A DNA stretch of 64,000 nucleotides from Chrysomallon squamiferum. Lineage: Eukaryota; Animalia; Mollusca. The notes under the pieces are model-generated. The model was not told where the DNA came from and did no database searches. It saw only the letters and a list, made by a program, of their open reading frames with translations. Shown here one piece after another: positions 55,520-64,000 of the stretch; the stretch's first letter is position 1; the number at the start of each line of letters is the position of its first letter. The DNA lies in contig CM022677.1 in NCBI GenBank assembly GCA_012295275.1, forward strand, positions 8,060,001 through 8,124,000. Reading direction: 5' to 3'. Position numbers and translations under genes: made by a program.

Positions 55520-57900
55520 AATAAATAAACATGGTATAATAAAACAACATCGTATAATAAAAAAAACATTATGGCTTACATTTATTATAAGTTATTATGT
55601 AGGTATGAAAATATAAAATGTCACATTTTTCTACAGTTAAAACTAAATCTCTGAACCTGTGAATTGAAAAAACACAACATAATATGCTGCAGGGAAAGAG
55701 AGTTATGTACCCTTTTTTCAACAGTAGCTGACGAGTTGATACTTGGCTTATATTCTACTAGAATAATTTAGAAACTGAGAAATATAGCGAGTTAGATTTC
55801 CAGATTAATGTTTTTAATACATACTATTACCGCTACGCCTCTGTTAACAAACATAAAACATGTAACATAAATAGTGATGGCGGTTCTTATTTTCATAACG
55901 TCGTGTAAAATTACACCTACTTAGCTTTTCAGTGAAACGTGTTAATAAAATGTCACATTAATATGGAAGCGTTCTCGACATTTTGGATTTCACATATAAT
56001 TCTACGGTTGTTTATAAAAACACGCTAACCCAATCTACATTTCTGAATGTAAACAGAGTTTTCACAGTAAAATCATACAGTAAAAAATGATCGAATATTG
56101 TTTTTCTTCTGGGGTGTTTTCGTGTTGTTGTTGTTTTTTTTGTCTCTTCCGGACAGCAGCAGTAATAGAAGAAAGAATCATTTTTAAATTCCGGGAAGAG
56201 AGTTGGATATATTTTAGAAATATACTTTTTCTAAGCCGGAGTCAGTGAATTAGTTTTCTGGTGATTAATATTTAACCAGTATATTTTAATAAATGTGGTA
56301 CTTGCTAATCCTATACAACGGCGAGTGTTCTGTGAAGAAACGTTTTGGTGAAACTTGTGAAGACAAGTCGGGCTGTGCAGACGTGTAGCTGTCTGGATAA
56401 CACGTGTTTCATTAAAAAAATAATCTCTAGACATAATTTTTGACGCTGGACAGAGTTTGCTTTCTATAAACAAATAAGATTTCAGTTTTATATGAATAAA
56501 CTGAGGTTCAGTATATTATTGTAGTTATTGTTGTTTTTACAAAAATAAAGAAAGAAAGAAATAGATATAATTTTAATTTTAATACCGACAATGCTGCACA
56601 ATTTAAATAGTTGATACTGGATATTTAGACATAATATGTAGACGAGAATTGCCAGTTTAATCTGCTATTTTAAAAGCTTCAGGTGAGGTTTTATTAATAA
56701 CTGGAGAAGAAACATTAAGATTTACCTGACAATAAAGACAATATTGTTATGTTTTAATAGGATGAATAAATTTCGTCTAGCTTTCTAAAAATATCCTCGT
56801 ATCTCATAAAACACTAGATCAGGAGGACAGGCATGTTTTCTATCTTACAAAGTATAATATTAACTATATAAGATTTCTACGTGAAATTATCAGTATTTTG
56901 TATGATGCAAACAGAGGAAAACATGATAAAACATCACGTTATTTTTACTCAGTATCAGATTATGGTAAACAAATAAATGGCGCTGGTTTTATGTGTTAAT
57001 GTGAATTAAGTTATCTTTTATTCAAATAGAAAACTCCGCTTAACCCTGTAAATTTTAGTTTTAATATCGTTTGCTAAGCAAAATCAAATTCTGTGATTCA
57101 AGTAAAGTGTTACTTCTCATGTGTTCAGTATTAACAGTTATATATTTCTGAATTTACAAGTCGAGCGCTGAATGCCACTATAAAATAAAAGGTCAGATCC
57201 AGATTAAAGTGATATTTGATTAACAACAGAACAGATTTCACTAAAAAGCTCTCTGTGGTGCTGAAAACTCAGCTTTTACTGTATAAGAATCCATTCATTT
57301 CTGTTGATAAGTTGATAATAAATGATGTTTATGTTGTCAACATGAGCGAAGTTTTCACATGTAATTTGAAATGGAACATTTACTTTATTAATATCATGAA
57401 GATTATTCTTGAAAAGCCGATACTATTTCTTTAGCTGTATCCAAGATTATACTGACAGTTATATGAAATTATCAACATTTGTTACGATGCAAAACAGAGG
57501 TGAACTTAATAAAATATCACTGTAAACGGTAGTACATTTACTAAGATAAAATTTGTTTTAGACAGACAGAAAAAGATATGATCAGTGTGGTTTTCTGTTA
57601 TTTATTACTGTGATAATTACAAGTCCCGCGAAATAGCTAGAACTACAGAGATGTTGTGAGAGTAATATTGTACATTTTAAAGAAAGATGACATTGCAGGA
57701 AACTGTGAGACTAATGTATTCTGAAGTAAAGTTAGTAATAAATATATATCACTATCTCACTGATTAACATTGCATAACGCACTACAAATAAAGAAAATAA
57801 CACGTTATTTTTTAATCAGTCTCAATTTTATTCGTAGGATTAAGAAAAGAAAATATATATTTATATAAAAAATAAACAATAAAAGAAAAGAAAGAAAAAG
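54770..57900. repeat. Largely inverted copy of the 5.4-8.5 kb dispersed block; also matches 22.7-24.8 kb directly
   Basis: e.g. aatttacaagtcgagcgctg (57.15 kb) vs cagcgctcgacttgtaaatt (6.41 kb); gttaacatcatcgctccagtctggat at 23.2 and 55.2 kb. Confidence 0.75.
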
Positions 57901-60011
57901 AAGTAATATAAAAAAGAAAGATCAAGCTTATCAAGGAGCGCAGTTTATAAGTGAAAAATGTAGAATCAAAAAAAGTAATATGAGATTTTATATTCATGTC
58001 AAAATCTTCACCTTTTCCTGTGTTTTTAATTTAAAAAAAAAATTAAAAAAAATTCCATTCAACATTGTCTTCGCGTCAGAAACTTGTTTTACATGGTAGA
58101 CTGTAAAACTAATGACGTAATGGAGACCTCGCGTGACACTTTTCAAATACGTTTTACTCCATTTTTATTATTGAATGGTAAATGAAAATTTTAAATAAGA
58201 AATATTCAACTTGTTGAGAATATTATATAAAACCAAAGCAGATATCATAAAAAGAAACTGAAACACAATTTTACAATCAACATTGCAAAAGTAATTTAAA
58301 ATGATTAATTTTAAAACAAATACACAACACTGAAACAATAAGTTAGATAGGAGATACACTGAAAGCATATAAACTATTAGGGAGATGCACAAAGATAAAG
58401 ATAGAACAATAATAATAATAACTAGTTTGGACTGTTCATAGAAGCAGGCGGCGACAGAACAAAATTGTTAAATCTGTGTAGAATTTATGGATTGACAGAG
58501 AAATACATGAACAGATGTGGATATATGTATTTTGCTGCTAGAAAAAGAAAATGTAAAATATATATGTATACACACACAAGTTGTGTATGTGTGTACTGAA
58601 GGAAATTAGAATTTTTCTATGTGTTATCTGAGGCATACGTATGTAGGAGAAATAGATGCAGACATAGATACAGAGAGAAAGACAGACAGATGTGAATGTG
58701 AAAGGATGAGTTGTTACGTACATGTTATCTGTGAGAAAGAGTTAATGTGTTTGTTGTCAAATAACTGCTGCATGTGAAAGACAGTGTCCTTGTTTATGTA
58801 TAAATAAATACAAGTTCCAAGTGTTTTGATTGTTGTTTTCTTTTTAAAAAATGTAGTTAGATATAAAAATATAATTATTAATTGGATTATTTTAATGATT
58901 TATTCTTATATTATTGTCTTGATTTTGAATTGTTGTTATTAATATTAAAAAAGCAGAAATAATGAGGCTAAAACAATAATTTTAGCTCGATTAAAACTAA
59001 TAAAAACAGATTTCCAGTAATTTTTATTTTAAAGAAAATGAAAATGAAACGATGTATGTATATAGTAATAACAATAATAATAATAATAATATTAAACTTA
59101 AAAAATGTATAATTAATTTGCTTCATTATGGCTTCATTATGACAGTCAATGACATCAAATAAAATTCATTGTTTTTATTCAAGGGGCAAATCGAAAAAGA
59201 AAAGTGTTTTAAGTGAAATAGGAATTTTACAGTAATTAATTAAGTAATAATAATAACTCAAATAAACCAACAAATAATGGAAAATGGTTGTTTAGAAACT
59301 GTTGAATTTAATTGCTAGGATTTTTTTTTATATACAATTAGCTGAATTCATCTAAAAGTAGTAAATTGAATTTAGCTCAGTCTTTTTCTATTAATGGTCT
59401 AAGGGAAATAACTCTATTTAACGGGTTTGTAAATAAAGAAAGAGAGAGAGAGAAAGAGAGATCTAGTGAGAGAGATGTACAGAATGCCATTTTTGTTGAT
59501 TAGTGTTCATTCTAGTGCTTTGATTGTTTGTTTTTGTAAAATCGAACAAGATGCGTATATAAAAAATAATGATTAAATCAGATTATCTTTTGCTGGTTGA
59601 CAACAAATAACGAAGATATTGATCAGTATATAAATAATAAAAACAGAAAAAAACTAGTCTTTATTTATTTATTTTTGTTTTAAACTATTTGAATGTGCCT
59701 TAACATTTTTAATGTTAACAAATTGAAAAATGTTCAGCATGATTTTCCATTTTGATTATTGTTTTTAGATAAGATGAAATGGGTTTGTGTTTGTAGATGT
59801 CAGGAATTAAAACAGTTAAGAACAAATAATGTTATATTTTATTGTTATTTTATATCTTTTATTATTTATTTATGAATTTATTTATTTAATTTCATTTTTC
59901 CACCAGAGTTTTATTATTATTAAATTATGATTTTCTATTTTTAAAGATTCCTTATTGAAATAATTCTTTCTAAAGTGTTGAGCTTTCTCTGGACAGGGAA
60001 ATGGGTCTTAC

Positions 60012-63000
60012 AGCATTTTCAACTGAAGTGCTGGCTGAGGCAGCTTGAATCTGTTGTCTAGGATCCTACAACAAAATATAATATTCATTAATAAACTAAA
60101 CATAAAATAAAGTGCTAGTAGTATTTTTTTTGTCAGCTCTAACTGCAGTTTACTGTCTTAGCAAGAAACATTTTACGCCACATTTTTATTTTATCCATAA
60201 AACTTTAATAATAACAATAATTTATTAAATGTTTTTATATTCTCAATTTAAATCAGTTTAAGATTATTTTTTAACTTTGATATAAAAGGATTAAAATAGC
60301 AATACATCAGTAAAAGTGATTATATAGCTATTCATTACACAATACAGATTCTATTTGAAATACTAACATACTAACAAATTATTTGATTATTTAAAACATT
60401 TAATTATAACATTCTTTCCTGCCACTTTAATATAATTTAATTTTTGCCATTAATGAAATATATTTTGTCTCATAAATAAACCAGAATTATTTTCTGCATT
60501 CAAGCAATAGTTACAATAAAGAATCCTTTACATATAATTTAAAATGTATCTAAAACAAAGACAATATTACACATGCATGAGATAAAATAAGAAAATAAGC
60601 TAAATCTTTCAAGCCAATTTATGCATATTTCATATGTCTACCAAATTTCAAAATATGGTAAATATCTTTAGCCCTACCATATAAATTATTAAATGTATGG
60701 ATTTCAGATTACAGGGAGATATTAATAAAAGCAAATTTCAAATTTATACAAATGTTCTGTTCCCTACTCTATTAGGCTGGCATGCAAATTATTACAAGGT
60801 TTACACTGATTCTATACTACTAATGTTCATTTTGCAAAAACACAAATGTATTATATTTTCATGTATGCTGCTTAAATACAGTTTAAATCCACAGACTAGT
60901 ATATTGTAGTATATATATGACCTTTTTAAAATATTTTCTTTGTATTCTAATGAGATCTAATGATGCATTTATCAATTCAAATTATTTCCTGAAAGATAAT
61001 TTAAAGTTAGATAACAAATATGTCTAAAATAAATTTGAATCACATAATTAAAGCTAAAGTAGAATTTTTCATTCAGAAAGACCTTCAACAAAATTAACAT
61101 AGATCTGTATTTCTTTATGAACTAATTTCACACTCACCTCAACATCATTCCTTAAGCCATGCATTTAATACCACCTTGAAAATGACCAAGGTATAACCAG
61201 ACTTGCTAATCATTATTCATTGTGAAAAATCCCACAATAAAGGGCAACTGATTATTTCTAATAACTGTTACTGAATCACAACAATTTGTATAAATGTTTA
61301 GAACTTGGAAGAAAAAACTATGTGATTGCAGTAATTTTGATAACATATTGCATTACCTTTCTGGGACAGCACAGTACTGACTCTATACATCTAATTTTAG
61401 ATTTGATTAAAAATACAATAAACTTATCCAGAATAATAATCTTTTAATCCGAAAAGATCATTTTAGAATCAGATGATATAATTAATGCAAACCACAAAAA
61501 AGTTGTTTATGCCTGCAGATCTTTTTGTTATATATATATCATAAAGTTAGCAGATTTGATTCCTCAACAAGGAAGTGACCCAGCTGATAAAAAAAAAATC
61601 ATTGAACAAAATAATGCAGACAATCACATGATGCTGCAACACTAACAGTTAATGAGTTAAAACCTTGATTAAAAATATATTACAGAGAACAAAATAAAGA
61701 GAATTCTGCCATTTTCACTAAGTCTTCTTCTATATGAATGAAAATTACCTGTGATGCAAACAACTGAATTACCCTGAATAAAAATGGTGTGCAAATATTT
61801 TTTTAGTCAAGTAGTGGTTTCACTTTATTTGCTGAATGGAAAAGTGTTGTGCCATTTTAATTTTTATTTTAACTTAACCTCTTAATTTTGTTCTATTATT
61901 GCTTTATTTATTCTTTGCATTTTATTATAGTTTTGAATTTATTCTATTCAAAATCAATTAGCTTAATATAAAAAACAATATAGTTGCGAATGTGAAACTG
62001 TAGAAAAATGTTTATCATTAAGTTCTGGTTAATATTTTTGAACAAAATTATTAAAATTACATTGATCACATTGATCACAAATTAAAGAAAATCAAAATTA
62101 ATATTTCAAAGAAAACATTTTTAGCATTAGCAGTTTTTTTTTAGCTCTCTTAACAATACTTATTATAACACTTTCGTTATATTCAAAGAACTAAAAACTT
62201 AAAATGATAAAAATAGTAGAATAATGCTATAAGAGTATAATTAAGTTGTACATCACTATCAGACGAGAATCTAACAAGATTTAATTTTTTTAATGGTATT
62301 TTTAGCATTTGCATGAAATTGAAATGATCTGCAAATGGTTTATTTTATGAATGCAGTGGAAAATAAACTGGCAGAATTCTTACTGATCTTTTAACTAGAT
62401 AAGAAAAGTAACATAATCAGTGACAATGTAACAACATGGAATATTCAAACAGTATACATATATTAGACAGGGTATATCTTATATCTTGCATGCGACCTCA
62501 TATCAGATTAAACATAAATACATATAATGACCCCTTCTTTTTAACTTTTATATAAAAGGATTAAAATACCAAAACATCAATAAATTAGTTTATGAAAAAT
62601 GTGTTTTAATTTATTCGAATACTTCTGTAACTTGGTGAAATTTGAAATACTAATATTACTAAAATGATGAAAATACATTTGAGATTATTCTGACAATCTT
62701 TAACTAACCTTTAGCAATTGTTAATAATAAATGATTTGATTAATTAAAATATTTAATTGTAATATTCTTTTCTGCCACTTTAATTTTTGCTATTAATGAA
62801 ATATATTTTGTCTTATAAATAAACCACAATTATCCTAGCATTCAGCTAACAATTCAATAATGAATCATTTAGGTAGTTTTAAAATGTATTTAAAACAAAG
62901 ACAACATTACACATGCATGTGACAAAATAACAAAAGAAGCTAAATCTTTCAAGCCAATTTATGCACCTTTCAAATTACAACCTTTCAAAACCACCAAAAT

Positions 63001-63473
63001 TCCATCCGTCTACTAAATTTCAAAATAATGTAAATATCTTTAGCCCTACCATGTAAATTAATTAAATGTATGTATTAAATGTATGTATTTCAGATTAGAG
63101 TGAGATATTAATAACATCAAATTACAAATTTATACAAATGTTCTGTTCACTACTCTATTAGGATGTCCTGCAAATTATTACATTGATTCTATTGATTTTC
63201 AGTGCATCATTTTACAAAAATACAAATGTATTATATTTTCAAATATGCAGTTTAATTCAGTATAAGAGAAAATATTTTGCATTGAATTATTTAAAAGTGA
63301 AATAAAATGGAAAGGTTTACAATGACTAATGTATTTAAATACCTGCTGGACAGCACCAAATACTTCAACTCTACTGGAGACTCAAGCTGCTCTTTGTTCC
63401 AAAATGTCAATTTGAGTTTGTATTTATCAACAATTTCTTGAATATTTTTATCCTTAACAAGCTGATTTAACTT
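60012..63473 (-). pseudogene. Inverted, internally duplicated relative of the 14.9-15.6 kb gene: exon 63473-63343, exon end at 61138, possible exon 60065-60012
   Basis: KLNQLVKDKNIQEIVDKYKLKLTFWNKEQLESPVELKYLVLSS with AG/GT; GGCTTAAGGAATGATGTTGAG|gtgagt at 61138; intronic block about 60270-60870 duplicated at about 62540-63260. Confidence 0.5.
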
Positions 63474-63754
63474 CTGAAACTAAACAATTTAAATCCACAG
63501 TTTAGTACATTGCTGACACATCTCACTGGTGGATGCCTAGTCTGAATAAATAAATAAAACACTGTATAAAATATAAAATACTGCTACTACTACATTTACT
63601 GCAATTACTATACTATTTGTACAGCCATCATTACTATAATTACTATTTACTATTATTTCTTATTCAACTAAGATTAGTTATTAAAATAATACTCCTATTA
63701 CTAAATTTACTATCGATTAATAATAAAAATGATATTTTTTACTCTCTTCACTAT

Positions 63755-63804
<50 letters not shown>

Positions 63805-64000
63805 CATATTCAACAACAAAAAAGAAAACCAGATCTAATATGATAATTTTGTTGATTAACTAGTTATTAAGACTCATATATTTAACAACAACCTGATTCA
63901 ATATTTTATTTACAAACATTGTGCTGTTAAACAATCCATGAAAATTGAAAGACTGCAGACAATAGAAACTATAGACAACAGCTACAGTACATCCATCTCC

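Overview
AT-rich, repeat-dense eukaryotic genomic DNA, most likely from a mollusc-like invertebrate (inferred from perlucin-type lectins and the repeat types). There are two fixed 200-N scaffold gaps. No intact protein-coding gene could be confirmed, and most ORFs in the supplied track are microsatellite or satellite translations. Main content: (1) a cluster of four C-type lectin (perlucin-like) paralogs at 41.2-54.6 kb, all apparently disabled, with different sugar-binding motifs (QPD, EPN, or motif deleted) and several local minisatellites; (2) a 5'-truncated Tx1/L1-type LINE at 35.2-37.7 kb, inserted antisense next to a small spliced minus-strand unit that encodes PM[DE]VD repeats and whose next exon is a degenerate antisense copy of the coding exon (candidate splice-dependent hairpin RNA, the most unusual item here); (3) three copies of a pogo-like transposon remnant carrying a PHD finger; (4) a decayed Gypsy LTR element, a TRIM-type RING pseudo-exon, a tRNA-derived SINE head and a foldback-like element with a (CCCTAA)-rich core; (5) exons of an unidentified gene duplicated in inverted orientation at about 15 kb and 60-63.5 kb, a 4-kb block duplicated at about 5-kb spacing across a gap, and several satellites. 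All calls are by eye, without database searches; boundaries of repeats and copy numbers are approximate.
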